This document shows, in pieces, positions 18,858 to 31,166 of a stretch of 64,000 nucleotides of DNA. Numbering within the stretch: position 1 is the first letter of the stretch; each line of letters starts with the position of its first letter. The notes below the pieces were generated by a model that worked only from the letters and a program-made list of their open reading frames with translations, was not told the DNA's origin and ran no database searches. A program made the translations under genes and the position numbers. Source of the DNA: an uncultured Sangeribacter sp. (GTDB taxonomy: Bacteria; Bacteroidota; Bacteroidia; Bacteroidales; Muribaculaceae); contig CAYSMP010000001.1 of NCBI GenBank assembly GCA_964432215.1, positions 2,292 to 66,291 of the forward strand, given 5' to 3'.

Positions 18858-19411
18858 CGGTTGAAATAGCTTCCATAGACCCAATACCATTCTTCCTCAG
18901 CCACTTTATCCCATTCTTGAAAAGACTTATGAAGATCAAATACTTTACTTTGAGATGCTCGGCATACGAGCTTTCTGCCATCCGTCATGGTGCATAGGCA
19001 GACAATAGAGTGGGATTTTGCAGCATCGCTTTCAAGTTCATCCTTACTGCAGCGATGACTTACAGTGATATTTCGTCCGAAAATGCGGTTGATTTCATTC
19101 ATCATTTTTCTAAACTGAGGTCCATGACTTGAAGAGTCCTTTATCTTTTTATAGTGGATTAAATAATGAATCATTTCATGAATCACTATATCTTCCAATA
19201 CCTTCTCATCAAGTTCATATCGATTGCTTAGGGTTAGATGATATGTTTCGTTGGTAATCTTTAGTGGCAATGGCTTTCGTTCTACTTTAAATTGCCCCAT
19301 AAACGACCGCGCAGACGATATGTGCATAATTGGCCTTGGAAGTTCAGCATGGAAAATATCGTTGTTGAATCTTTCAAAGCAATTTTCTAAGAATTTTATT
19401 GTTGCCCTCAT
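18716..19411 (-). CDS. SprT-like zinc metalloprotease
   Basis: FN..IF..ELP, HEMIH, HGPQF motifs. Start at ATG 19411 overlaps the comEC stop. Confidence 0.85.
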   Translation of the reverse strand: MRATIKFLENCFERFNNDIFHAELPRPIMHISSARSFMGQFKVERKPLPLKITNETYHLTLSNRYELDEKVLEDIVIHEMIHYLIHYKKIKDSSSHGPQFRKMMNEINRIFGRNITVSHRCSKDELESDAAKSHSIVCLCTMTDGRKLVCRASQSKVFDLHKSFQEWDKVAEEEWYWVYGSYFNRYRRVLTPRLFSVDKEGLEVISAGTRLEFVEVSGGKTILRPAGRILC

Positions 19412-20883
19412 TTTAATTCCTTTCTGTTGATTATATAAGCGCCTACGGCAAGTAATATCATCCATAGGAGCACTCCCCATAGAGGTAGCTGATATTCAAT
19501 TACAAATTCTGTGCCACATGATAGCCATTCCATACTTTTAAGAAGGAGCTCATATCCATGATCGAGACAATAAGCAAGCCATTCGATTTCATAGCCGAAA
19601 GAGAGAAGGGTTACAAATATTACGGCTATGGAGAGATAAAAGGGTAGAATCGGGAGCAGTATGAGATTGGAGGGGAGGAACATAAGCGGAATCTGAGAAA
19701 AATAAAAGGATATCAGCGCCCATGAAGCGGCAGTTGCCACCATGGTAGTTATTAGAGCACCACATATATTAAATATTATTGGATGCTGACGATGGCCTAC
19801 AGGGTTGAGTTTGGCTGCAAAAGCAATTAAAGCGCCCACGCAAACCACACTTAACTGAAATCCTGCATCAAAAAGAGCGGCTGGGTCGATGATCAAAATC
19901 AGAAGACACGCAGAGCACAAAGCATTTCCCGCGAAATTCTTTCTTTCAGCTATTACTCCTAAGAAGACGAACGTCGTCATTATACAGGCTCGGACAGAAG
20001 AATATGACATTCCGGTGACAGCTACATAGAGCCAAAGCAATCCAAGAGATACTGCATATGCCCACTTGTATTTTCCGACAAGTTTTATTGGCCACATCAA
20101 GAAAAGAATAAATCCTGCAAGAATACCAATATGAAGTCCACTGAGAGCCAGCATATGCGCCATTCCTCCGTTTGCGAATGTTAGGCGCGTCTTTTCGTTA
20201 AGACCGGTCTTATCGCCCATAAGGATTGCATTGAGAAAGTCTGAGGTCGATTTATTAAGATGGCTTCTTTCGATTGACAATTCTACGCATTCTCTGAGGT
20301 TCAGAAAGAAGTAGCGGAGACCTTGGATTCTGCCGATAACTATTATATCCTTAGGCACAATGCGCCCCGTATAAAGTATGCCGGCAGCATGCATCATAGG
20401 TTGTAGTCGTTGTCCAATTTCAGTAGTATCTTTTGATATTTCATTAAGATATTTTACTGGTATTCTTACTATGTCTCCTGGAGATACGTTCGTGGCTCCG
20501 CTACGGATTCTTGCTTTAGCCCCGTTAGTGCCATCTATCAATATGTCAATTCTATCTCCATAAGTTTTTGTCAAGACACCCGACACTTCACCATATATGT
20601 AATTAGGTAGTTGTCGTCCATAAGCTTGATTAAGCGAGAGCGGACGACTGAGAGATTCGTCTATAAGCCCAACTCCCATAAAGAGAAGAATTACCCACAT
20701 TATGTGCCACCTACCTGCTCGAAAGGCCATTACAGGATTTTTAGACACTCCCAGAATGCAGAGATAGAGTCCAATAGCAGTCATTATAGGTATCACTCCG
20801 ATCCACCAGGGAAGTCGGACTATATACGACACTAGAATACCGGCGACTAATGCCAGGGTTGGGATCAGCGGTCCCTTGTGCAT
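19408..20883 (-). CDS. comEC: ComEC/Rec2 family competence membrane protein
   Basis: G.AHMLALSGLHIG, SSVRACIM, GFQLS motifs; no C-terminal MBL domain. Confidence 0.88.
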   Translation of the reverse strand: MHKGPLIPTLALVAGILVSYIVRLPWWIGVIPIMTAIGLYLCILGVSKNPVMAFRAGRWHIMWVILLFMGVGLIDESLSRPLSLNQAYGRQLPNYIYGEVSGVLTKTYGDRIDILIDGTNGAKARIRSGATNVSPGDIVRIPVKYLNEISKDTTEIGQRLQPMMHAAGILYTGRIVPKDIIVIGRIQGLRYFFLNLRECVELSIERSHLNKSTSDFLNAILMGDKTGLNEKTRLTFANGGMAHMLALSGLHIGILAGFILFLMWPIKLVGKYKWAYAVSLGLLWLYVAVTGMSYSSVRACIMTTFVFLGVIAERKNFAGNALCSACLLILIIDPAALFDAGFQLSVVCVGALIAFAAKLNPVGHRQHPIIFNICGALITTMVATAASWALISFYFSQIPLMFLPSNLILLPILPFYLSIAVIFVTLLSFGYEIEWLAYCLDHGYELLLKSMEWLSCGTEFVIEYQLPLWGVLLWMILLAVGAYIINRKELK

Positions 20884-20898
20884 GATTCCATAGAGGTA

Positions 20899-21669
20899 TT
20901 ACTTATTCCATATTTCCCACGCACCGACTGCTTGAAGTCTCAGCATCTCTAACCCATTGCTGACAACACAACCATGTGCCTTACATATCTTCATAAATAA
21001 TGTCTCTGCAGGATTATAGACCAAGTCGAAACATATTTGACCCTCATGAAGATACTGATACGGGAATGGAGCGGCGGTATCGACATTTGGACTCGTACCG
21101 AGAGGCGTACAATTGATGACTGCTTTGGCATCATAGATTAGCTCGGGTGTAAGTTCACCGTATGCAAGGCAGTCTTCACGATGGGTCCGCCCTACAAGTT
21201 GCGTTTCAAAGCCTAAATTGCGCATAGACCACACTATAGCCCTCGATGCTCCTCCAGTGCCGAGAATCAAGGCTAACGGTTTATTACCATACTCTGACTT
21301 GACGAATCCGGCTGAGTCAAGTACTTTCTTCATGGATTCAGAAAAACCATAAGCATCGGAGTTAAAGCCCTTGAGACGGAGATTCGTTCCATTCTCATCT
21401 CTTATGAACTTAATGACATTGACTGCTCCTATCTCATGAGCTTCTTCGCTTAAGTCATCAAGATATTTAATGACCTCTACCTTATATGGAATCGTTACAT
21501 TGAGTCCCTTTAGAAGGGGATGACTTTTTATCAATTCCGGGAAGAGATCGATGTTTTCAATAGGAAAAAGTTCGTAACGAGCGTCTATTCCTTCTTTTTT
21601 GAACTTCTCATTGAAATATATAGCAGAAAAGGAATGCCCCAATACCTTTCCAATTAGTCCGAATTCCAT
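20899..21669 (-). CDS. aroE: Shikimate dehydrogenase
   Basis: GLIG..LGHSFS, GLNVTIPYK, GAVN, GTGGAS, DLVYNP..T, NGLEML..QA. Start chosen at MEFG, just after the pepO stop. Confidence 0.93.
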   Translation of the reverse strand: MEFGLIGKVLGHSFSAIYFNEKFKKEGIDARYELFPIENIDLFPELIKSHPLLKGLNVTIPYKVEVIKYLDDLSEEAHEIGAVNVIKFIRDENGTNLRLKGFNSDAYGFSESMKKVLDSAGFVKSEYGNKPLALILGTGGASRAIVWSMRNLGFETQLVGRTHREDCLAYGELTPELIYDAKAVINCTPLGTSPNVDTAAPFPYQYLHEGQICFDLVYNPAETLFMKICKAHGCVVSNGLEMLRLQAVGAWEIWNK

Positions 21670-21671
21670 AT

Positions 21672-23648
21672 TTACCATATTACAACCCTTTCTTCTTTGT
21701 CTCTCCACATTGGATCTCCTTCCTTAATTTCGAAAGCTTCAAAAAACTCATCAATATTTCTAAGAGTAGCATTTGTGCGTAGTTTCCCAAGAGAATGGGG
21801 ATCGGTCTTAGTGCGCAACTGTATTTCCTCATCCCGGATGTTGTCGGCCCAAACGTTGGCATATGAAATATAGAATCTTTGTAACGGAGAAAAACCATCA
21901 ATGTCAATAGTTGCATTATTTTTAAGAGTATCGCGATATGCAGTCAAGGCTATTCTGAGGCCACCCTGATCCGCAATATTCTCGCCAAGAGTGAAGCGAC
22001 CGTTTGCATGAACCCCCGGTAGAACTTCTATTGCGTCAAACTGGTTGACAAGCTTGTCGGCAAGTGTTTTGAATCGTTCTGCATCCTCAAGCGTCCACCA
22101 TTCTGATAGATTTCCATTTTTATCAAACTGACGTCCACTGTCGTCGAACCCGTGCGTCATCTCATGGCCTATTACGACTCCAATAGCGCCATAATTGAGT
22201 GCATCATCAGCTGTCGGGTCGAAATAGGGAGGTTGAAGAATGGCGGCGGGGAAACAAATCTCATTTGTCGTTGGGTTGTAGTAAGCATTGACAGTCTGAG
22301 GAGTCATGTGCCACTCCTCTTTATCTACGGGTTTGTTCATCTTGGAATAATTATCCCTTACATACCATTTCGAGGCTTCGAGTACGTTTTCCAGATAAGA
22401 TTTCTTTGGATCAATGTGGATTTCGGAATAATCCTTCCATTTATCAGGGTATCCAATCTTTACAGTAAATGTAGAAAGTTTCTCAAGTGCTTTTGCTTTT
22501 GTCTCTTCACTCATCCACGCAAGAGATTGAATATGTTTCCCGAGAGAATTTCTAAGATTCTCTACGAGCTTAAGCATGTATTCCTTATTTTCCTCCGGGA
22601 AGTATTTTTCTACATATAGTTTTCCAACAGCTTCTCCCAGCATAGAGTTGGGAATTGACATCGCTCGTTTCCATCGAGGTTCCTGCTCCTCCTTACCGCT
22701 CATAACGCGGTCGTAGAAGTCGAAGCTCGCGTCGATGAAATCCTGACTGAGAAGATTTGTGGCATCATTTACCGACTCAAATGTCATATAATCCTTGATC
22801 TCCTGCGAAGTCAAAGTAGGAATATAAGAAGTGATGAACTCAGTGAAAGCAGGATTAGAAAAGTTAGCCTTATCGACATTCTCCAGTCCTAACTCTTGGA
22901 AGTACCTATCCCAGTTAAAGCTGTGGAACTTTGACTTAATCTCATCGATAGCCATAATATTATAGCGTTTCCTTGGATCGCGACGGTCTTCCCTGGTCAT
23001 TTTATTTTTAGCAAATTCGGTCTCCAGTTTGATCACGGCATTCCAAACACGTTCCTGTGCAGCTTCATCATATCCAATAAGCTCCATCAGGCGCTTCACA
23101 TATTTATGATATGCTGCCATTATTTCATCGTTGCGTTCATTTTTCTCAAGATAGAAATCCCGGTCGCCAAGTCCAAGTCCTACTTCGCCTACATGGAGTA
23201 TATTCATATCTGAGTTCATAGCGTCGGTACCGACTCCGCTTCCGAAGAAACTGCTCCCTATGCCGGAATGTTGCCATGCGAGGAGTTCTTCCATTTTCGA
23301 AGTGTCAGCCGTAGCTATTTTATTGAGAATCGGACGTAGTGGGGTAGCACCTTCTTTATTTATGCGTTCTTCATCCATACCCATGGAATAGAGATCGCTT
23401 ACTTTCTGAGCTACAGTGCCAATGTTTTTTGCATCTTCATGTTCAGAAAGATTCACTATAAGTTCCTTGAGCTGCTCGAGAGCGTTTTCACGAAGCAAGT
23501 CAAACATACCGAAACGTGAATATTCTGCAGTAAGCGGATGGTTCTTTTTCCATCCTCCGCATGCATAGAGGAAGAAATCTTCCTTAGGAGAGACGGAAGT
23601 ATCAAGATTGCTCTGATCTATGCCATGTAGTGTTTTGCTCAATTCCAT
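21672..23648 (-). CDS. pepO: M13 family metallo-endopeptidase (PepO/neprilysin-like)
   Basis: VNAYY, GHEMTHGFD, GENIADQGG, DPHS motifs. Confidence 0.92.
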   Translation of the reverse strand: MELSKTLHGIDQSNLDTSVSPKEDFFLYACGGWKKNHPLTAEYSRFGMFDLLRENALEQLKELIVNLSEHEDAKNIGTVAQKVSDLYSMGMDEERINKEGATPLRPILNKIATADTSKMEELLAWQHSGIGSSFFGSGVGTDAMNSDMNILHVGEVGLGLGDRDFYLEKNERNDEIMAAYHKYVKRLMELIGYDEAAQERVWNAVIKLETEFAKNKMTREDRRDPRKRYNIMAIDEIKSKFHSFNWDRYFQELGLENVDKANFSNPAFTEFITSYIPTLTSQEIKDYMTFESVNDATNLLSQDFIDASFDFYDRVMSGKEEQEPRWKRAMSIPNSMLGEAVGKLYVEKYFPEENKEYMLKLVENLRNSLGKHIQSLAWMSEETKAKALEKLSTFTVKIGYPDKWKDYSEIHIDPKKSYLENVLEASKWYVRDNYSKMNKPVDKEEWHMTPQTVNAYYNPTTNEICFPAAILQPPYFDPTADDALNYGAIGVVIGHEMTHGFDDSGRQFDKNGNLSEWWTLEDAERFKTLADKLVNQFDAIEVLPGVHANGRFTLGENIADQGGLRIALTAYRDTLKNNATIDIDGFSPLQRFYISYANVWADNIRDEEIQLRTKTDPHSLGKLRTNATLRNIDEFFEAFEIKEGDPMWRDKEERVVIW

Positions 23649-23716
23649 AATTATATTCGTTCTAAACTCGTATGTTTAGCTAATATCGTATTATCATCAA
23701 CTTTTAATCCTTAACT

Positions 23717-25690
23717 TTACATCTTAAGTTCCTCAAGCTCTATAGTTGCAATTTCCCATATAGACATTCCATTTTCAAGATCTTTTTGGGCTTTTGCATA
23801 GGCATCGAGAGTTTCCTGAGATGTGTCTCCGGCAGCTATCTTTTCTTCGATTTCTTTCTGAAGCGTTTCGAGACGTGTGATTTCAGCTTCAGCATCCTTC
23901 ACTTTCTTTTCAGCTTTCTTCACCACTTTATCCCGTGCCTTTTGCTCGGCGTAGGAGAGTTTCGGGGCATTTTGAGATTGTTGTGTTTCCTCCTGAGAGG
24001 ATTTTTGTGATTGCTCGTTGGCTGGAATTGCTTCAGCCTGTTTGCCGCTTGGAGATTTAGTAAGTTCAAGATCACGGAGATTCTCAAGATTCTTCGAGCG
24101 TAGGAAATCATATATACCGCCAAGATTTTCTCTGACTTTTCCTCCTCCGAATTCATATACTTTTTCTACGAGGCCGTCGAGGAAATCTCGGTCATGACTT
24201 ACGACAATTACAGTGCCATCGAAATCCTTGATTGCATCTTTTAGGATATCCTTCGTCTTAAGGTCAAGATGGTTGGTAGGTTCGTCGAGAATTAGGAAGT
24301 TGACAGGCTCGAGAAGCAGTTTGATCATTGCTAATCTAGTCTTTTCTCCCCCGGATAGTACTTTCACTTTTTTGTCGGAAGCTTCTCCGCCAAACATGAA
24401 AGCTCCCAATATGTCTCGAATCTTAAGGCGGATGTCGCCTCCTGCAACATTATCAATAGTCTCGAATACCGTAAGGTTTTCATCAAGAAGCTGAGCCTGA
24501 TTTTGTGCGAAGTATCCGATTTTTACGTTGTGCCCGAGTTTTAACATCCCGGTATGGTCGATCTCCCCCATAATACACTTTACTAGTGTAGATTTTCCCT
24601 CGCCATTCTTACCGACAAAAGCGACCTTCTCTCCACGTCGTATGCGGAAGTCTGCATGGTCAAACACCTGATGATCCCCATAAGCCTTACCGACGTCTTC
24701 AAGGATGAGAGGGAAGTCGCCTGAACGTGGAGCAGGGGGAAACTTGAGGCGCAGGCGACTATTGTCGACTTCATCCACTTCAATGGGCACAATCTTTTCG
24801 AGCTGCTTTATTCGGCTTTGTACCTGAATTGCTTTAGTAGCCTGATAGCGGAATCTCTCAATAAAGGCCTTGATGTCGGCAATTTGCTTCTGTTGGTTTT
24901 CATATGCGCGCATCTGCTGCTCGACACGTTCTTTTCTCAACTCCGTATAGGGTGTGTAGCTCACCTTATAATCATAGGCTTTTCCGCAAGAAATCTCAAT
25001 TGTGCGTTTCGTAACGTTGTCGAGAAATGCGCGGTCGTGACTTACGAGCATTACAGCTTTGGCTTTAGTCTGCAGGAACTGCTCAAGCCACTGTATAGAT
25101 TCTATATCAAGATGATTTGTAGGTTCGTCGAGAAGAAGGAGATCAGGCTTTTGAAGAAGAATCTTTGCCAATTCAACACGCATACGCCATCCTCCGGAGA
25201 ATTCCGAAGTAGGACGATCGAAATCCTCCCGACTGAAACCAAGACCCATAAGAGTCTTCTCCACTTCAGCCTCCATATTGTCCGCTCCTTCCATGGATAG
25301 GCGGTCGTTGAGGTATTCGATATCTTCGATCAGCTTGGCGTATGATTCGCTTTCGTAGTCAGTGCGGGTAGCAAGCTGGGTGTTAAGTTCTTCCAAACGT
25401 GCTTTATGCTCGTCGATATGAGCGAATGCCTTGCGTGCTTCGTTTATGATGGAAGTGTCATCGGCAAGCTTCATCTGCTGTGGAAGATAGCCTATGGTGA
25501 CTTCTGATGGTTTTGAGACGCTTCCGGAAGTCGGAGGTTGAAGCCCAGCGATGATTTTGAGCAATGTAGATTTTCCTGCTCCGTTCTTTCCTGCCAGGCC
25601 TATCTTATCAGTCTTGTTGATGACGAAACTCACGTCCGTAAAAATTGGACGTGCTGAGAATTCCATTGTCAGGTCGTTGACACTTACCAT
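23717..25690 (-). CDS. ABC-F family ATPase
   Basis: Two NBDs (GKNGAGKST, FSGGW, LDEPTNHLD x2), no TM segments, C-terminal coiled coil. Confidence 0.93.
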   Translation of the reverse strand: MVSVNDLTMEFSARPIFTDVSFVINKTDKIGLAGKNGAGKSTLLKIIAGLQPPTSGSVSKPSEVTIGYLPQQMKLADDTSIINEARKAFAHIDEHKARLEELNTQLATRTDYESESYAKLIEDIEYLNDRLSMEGADNMEAEVEKTLMGLGFSREDFDRPTSEFSGGWRMRVELAKILLQKPDLLLLDEPTNHLDIESIQWLEQFLQTKAKAVMLVSHDRAFLDNVTKRTIEISCGKAYDYKVSYTPYTELRKERVEQQMRAYENQQKQIADIKAFIERFRYQATKAIQVQSRIKQLEKIVPIEVDEVDNSRLRLKFPPAPRSGDFPLILEDVGKAYGDHQVFDHADFRIRRGEKVAFVGKNGEGKSTLVKCIMGEIDHTGMLKLGHNVKIGYFAQNQAQLLDENLTVFETIDNVAGGDIRLKIRDILGAFMFGGEASDKKVKVLSGGEKTRLAMIKLLLEPVNFLILDEPTNHLDLKTKDILKDAIKDFDGTVIVVSHDRDFLDGLVEKVYEFGGGKVRENLGGIYDFLRSKNLENLRDLELTKSPSGKQAEAIPANEQSQKSSQEETQQSQNAPKLSYAEQKARDKVVKKAEKKVKDAEAEITRLETLQKEIEEKIAAGDTSQETLDAYAKAQKDLENGMSIWEIATIELEELKM

Positions 25691-25731
25691 ATTTTGGATG
25701 TTGAGTTGTGAAGTTCTTAAGTTATTACCGT

Positions 25732-27360
<1,629 letters not shown>

Positions 27361-27368
27361 TCAGTATG

Positions 27369-27376
27369 CAAAATTA
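27369..27376 (-). promoter_or_regulatory. sigmaA -7 element (TAATTTTG) upstream of pyrG
   Basis: Matches TAnnTTTG on the minus strand. Confidence 0.6.
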
Positions 27377-27477
27377 CAATTTTTTTCGAAAATACGCAAG
27401 AAGAATGACCGCTTAGTTGTTAAGAAGTAGTAAACTATATCTGTATTCAAGCAGTTGCTTGCCTTATTTGATGAGTA

Positions 27478-28830
27478 ATGACCGAAAAAATTAGAACAAG
27501 AGCAGTCTTCGCATCTCGTTTCGCTGCCGTGGCCACTACAGTTGGTTCCTCGGTAGGATTGGGTAACATATGGCGTTTCCCTTATGAAGCCGGAGAGTGT
27601 GGAGGCGGAGCTTTCATACTTTGTTATATTGGGTTTGTATGTTTACTTGGTGTTCCTCTTCTCTGTGCCGAATTCTGTATGGGACGTGGCACGCGATCAA
27701 ATGTAGTAGGGGCATATCGGAAATTGGAAAGAGGAGTTCCCTGGCATTTAGTGGGGTATCTCGGTGTGTTGGCGTCAGTGCTTATTCTTAGTTTCTATTC
27801 AGTAGTTGCTGGATGGACTCTTGAGTATCTCGTACAGTCATTGGGGGAGGCTTTTTCCTTGACAGGTATGCATGATGGGCATTCCGAATTCGTGTCATTG
27901 ACTTCCGGCTGGCGTCCTGCAATATGGACCCTACTATTTTCTGTAGTTAATTTTGCAGTTCTCACTGGCGGCGTGAAGAGAGGAATAGAGAGAATGTCTG
28001 ATATACTTATGCCGTTGCTATTTGTCATATTAGTGGCATTTTGTATAAATTCGATGACATTATCCGGTTTTAAAGAAGGAATTGATTTCATTTTTAGGCC
28101 CGATTTCTCTAAGATTTCTCGAGGAGTGCTTTTGAGTGCTATGGGGCAGGCTTTCTTTTCCTTAAGTCTTGGTGTAGGAGGGATGATGACCTACGCATCA
28201 TATTTTTCAGATAAGACTCGGTTGGTGAGAACTGCCGGAATCACAGCCGGACTTGATACTCTCGTGGCGATATTGGCGGGAGTGATGATATTTCCGGCAG
28301 TGTTTACTTATGGTTTGTCGCCACAGGCTGGTCCCACGCTGGTGTTTGAGGTATTACCTCGTGTGTTTAGTCAGATGCCGGGAGGAATGATATGGTCGAT
28401 ATTATTTTTTATGCTTCTTGTCATAGCATCGCTTACGAGCACGGTTTCTATCAGTGAAATCAGCATATCTTATCTTAACGAAGAGGTTGGAATGAGTCGA
28501 AGCAAGGCTACCGCTACCTCTTCTATAGTAATACTTGTAGGAAGTCTTCTATGTGCATTAAGTTATGGTCCACTGAAGAACTGGATGCCATTCGGAATGA
28601 ATGTCTTTGATCTTTTCGACTATATAGCTTCCAATATACTTCTTCCCATTGGCGGAATGTTTTGCAGCCTCTTCGTAGGATGGAAGATTGATAGGACTTA
28701 TCTCATAAGGGAATTTGGATTAGATGCCAGTAAATACTATAAGATATTGCCTATGCTTGTTTTCAGTTTGAGATGGATCTGTCCTGGCGCGATTTTTCTT
28801 ATTTTTCTTAACGCCATAGGTATATTGTAA
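27478..28830 (+). CDS. Sodium-dependent transporter (NSS/SNF family)
   Basis: GSSVGLGNIWRFPY, GQAFFSLSLG motifs. Confidence 0.93.
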   Translation: MTEKIRTRAVFASRFAAVATTVGSSVGLGNIWRFPYEAGECGGGAFILCYIGFVCLLGVPLLCAEFCMGRGTRSNVVGAYRKLERGVPWHLVGYLGVLASVLILSFYSVVAGWTLEYLVQSLGEAFSLTGMHDGHSEFVSLTSGWRPAIWTLLFSVVNFAVLTGGVKRGIERMSDILMPLLFVILVAFCINSMTLSGFKEGIDFIFRPDFSKISRGVLLSAMGQAFFSLSLGVGGMMTYASYFSDKTRLVRTAGITAGLDTLVAILAGVMIFPAVFTYGLSPQAGPTLVFEVLPRVFSQMPGGMIWSILFFMLLVIASLTSTVSISEISISYLNEEVGMSRSKATATSSIVILVGSLLCALSYGPLKNWMPFGMNVFDLFDYIASNILLPIGGMFCSLFVGWKIDRTYLIREFGLDASKYYKILPMLVFSLRWICPGAIFLIFLNAIGIL

Positions 28831-28926
28831 GTATAAACGTCACAACGTTTTGGTGATACTCTCATAATGAAGTTGTTTCGACTTATTTACTAATGAAACG
28901 CTTAAACATAACAATCACTTTATATT

Positions 28927-29517
28927 ATGGATCAAAGGTTTTTTCAATTATGTTTGTTTGCTATTATAGCTTTCTCATGCAATGCACAATCAATTAATGT
29001 AGATGGTGATATAATGCATTGGGAAGGAGGATTCAACATTGGATTGAATAATGATGGTTTTGAGATGGACTTTCGTGGTTTATATTTCCCGGTCCAATAT
29101 GTAGGTTTAAAAGTTGGAATTGGGGTTGCTGGAGAAATAGAAGAACTTGGCGACTGGGGCAGGGATGAGTGGGAAACAGGCCACAGTTATGCAGCACGAT
29201 TCAAGTTTAATCCAGCTCTTGTCTTGCGGTCTTCACGCCTCATCTATTGGGAAAAACAAGATGGAGGATTCTATATCTTTGCAGAGCCTGGATTAGTCTT
29301 ATCTCCAGGCTCTATAGGAAGTAAAGATGCAAAATATTTCAGATGGGATTTAAAAACCGGAATCAACTTTCAGGTTGACCGTTATATGTTAACATTAGGA
29401 TATGGCATCTCTAATTTTAGTCTTTACTCTGGTGCTCCAATCAACCATTGGGGTATGCCATCGAAGAAGGATTATATCACTCACACAGTATATATAGGTG
29501 GAGCTGTCAAATTTTGA
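28927..29517 (+). CDS. Putative outer-membrane beta-barrel protein
   Basis: Signal peptide, alternating aromatic/Gly strands, C-terminal Phe (YIGGAVKF). Confidence 0.6.
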   Translation: MDQRFFQLCLFAIIAFSCNAQSINVDGDIMHWEGGFNIGLNNDGFEMDFRGLYFPVQYVGLKVGIGVAGEIEELGDWGRDEWETGHSYAARFKFNPALVLRSSRLIYWEKQDGGFYIFAEPGLVLSPGSIGSKDAKYFRWDLKTGINFQVDRYMLTLGYGISNFSLYSGAPINHWGMPSKKDYITHTVYIGGAVKF

Positions 29518-29533
29518 CAGCTCCTTAATTAAC

Positions 29534-30043
29534 TTATTGTGCAGGATTTATCGTTGCGGATTTGACAGCATCCGGAGTCCAGGACTCAAAGAAACGAATG
29601 ACTTTTTCCTTGTCGTATCCTTCACCTGATTCAAGAAATCCGGAATCTTGAGTGTGGATTACGTTTCCTTCTGTATCGAGAACAACCAAAACTGGAAAAC
29701 CGAATCTGACCGGATTTCCCAATCTCTTCAAAGCGGCAGCAGTTGCGGCTTGATCTGTTGTATTTGGATTCCGCGGATTGTAGTTGACATGAATAAACTC
29801 ATAATTATCATCTACCAATTTTTTAATTTCCGGATCAGCTTCTACAAACTTTGCAAATCGGATGCACCATTTGCACCAGTTCCCTCCTAACTGAGCCACA
29901 ACGAACTTATTGTTGGCTCCAGCTTTCGTCACAGCTTCCGTGATCTGAATGTTAGGATTTATACTCTCATCATATATCTTTGTCTGTGCAATTGCGTTTA
30001 TGAAAGCAATTAACAATAATGAAAAAATAACTGTTCTTTTCAT
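29534..30043 (-). CDS. Exported thioredoxin-family protein
   Basis: Signal peptide, GGNWCKWC, cis-Pro loop FGFPVLVVLD. Confidence 0.88.
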   Translation of the reverse strand: MKRTVIFSLLLIAFINAIAQTKIYDESINPNIQITEAVTKAGANNKFVVAQLGGNWCKWCIRFAKFVEADPEIKKLVDDNYEFIHVNYNPRNPNTTDQAATAAALKRLGNPVRFGFPVLVVLDTEGNVIHTQDSGFLESGEGYDKEKVIRFFESWTPDAVKSATINPAQ

Positions 30044-30194
30044 ATTATGATTTTTAATATCTTATGATGGTTAATTTAAATTTCGCAAGCTCAAATCCCC
30101 CTGTTACCTTATAACCGTCTTCTTTCGCTTGCGAAAATAGATTTATAAAATAAATTGATGTGGGCCGAACAGTTGTGCTTGCTTGTTCTGTTTG

Positions 30195-30641
30195 TTAGCT
30201 TTGACTGCTTTTTCTTGTTTTTGTAGTTCGACTCTTGGTTGAAGATTTTCTTACATTCCCTTGTTGGTTTCTTGGAACAATCTTCACAAAAAAGTATACC
30301 TCTTTTGACTTAGAATTATTAAGGCCAATCTTGATTTCCTCTTTATCATTAAGTATAACTATAGACTCAGAAATCTCTCCCTTTTCAGTGACAAGAGATT
30401 TGCTGACAGCTTGTGGTTTATCTGCAGCGATTGCCTTTTGGATTTTTTTTAAGAGATCAGGATTGTTTTTAAAAGTCACCGAGTGGATAATTTGATCATT
30501 GCGTTCTACCATGGTTATAGATAAAGATGAATCGTATAGATCCAGTTCTTCAAATATTTTTTCTGATTGTAATTTAGGTGATGATGCAATTGCCACGATG
30601 TGGATAGCCACCAGAAATACAAGCAACATATACTTCTTCAT
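30195..30641 (-). CDS. Exported hypothetical protein (third gene of ECF operon)
   Basis: Signal peptide and basic C-terminal tail; co-oriented downstream of sigma/anti-sigma. Confidence 0.7.
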   Translation of the reverse strand: MKKYMLLVFLVAIHIVAIASSPKLQSEKIFEELDLYDSSLSITMVERNDQIIHSVTFKNNPDLLKKIQKAIAADKPQAVSKSLVTEKGEISESIVILNDKEEIKIGLNNSKSKEVYFFVKIVPRNQQGNVRKSSTKSRTTKTRKSSQS

Positions 30642-30680
30642 AATTTTACATTTATTAAATTTTTACAGTCTTTGCTTGAT

Positions 30681-31166
30681 TTAAAATGATTCTGTCTTTT
30701 GTTGTTGTTCATATTCGATAGTGCGCATATTTTCAAAAAATCTGTCTATACGTTCCACCTCGCTCTCTGCAATGATAAGTGCTTTGTCTCTTCCTACCTT
30801 TTTACCGTTGGTAAATACTTGACAATAGTAATCTGATTTGCGAGTGAAATGGAAAAAGGAAGGAATCCCAATTGATAAGATGAGCGCAATAGAGGCAGCT
30901 GAAAGCATGAGTCTTCTCATCTTGATTTTCTTTTTCACATGCGTATTTACAAGTAGACGATCGGTTGAATTTCCTTCGTATGATAAAGATAGATTCATAA
31001 GAGTTCGTACTTCCTCAATGACCGGAGAAGTATATGGTAGCATTCCCAAGACGTACTGCAGTTCTGCTTCTTCAAGTCGGGTTAGCTTGCATTCCATGTA
31101 AAGACGGCATAACTGTTCCGTCTCTTCCATGCTCAAATATGTTTTTTTTTCCATCATATCCATCAT
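30681..31166 (-). CDS. Putative membrane-anchored anti-sigma factor
   Basis: Overlaps the ECF sigma stop; N-terminal Y.ECKLT..EE.EL, one TM (AASIALILSIG). Confidence 0.7.
   Translation of the reverse strand: MMDMMEKKTYLSMEETEQLCRLYMECKLTRLEEAELQYVLGMLPYTSPVIEEVRTLMNLSLSYEGNSTDRLLVNTHVKKKIKMRRLMLSAASIALILSIGIPSFFHFTRKSDYYCQVFTNGKKVGRDKALIIAESEVERIDRFFENMRTIEYEQQQKTESF

Noticed and set aside
31142-31150. A9 tract near the anti-sigma 5' end as a phase-variation switch
   Set aside because: The ORF is in frame and similar 9-mers occur elsewhere (e.g. 47711-47719) in this AT-rich DNA.
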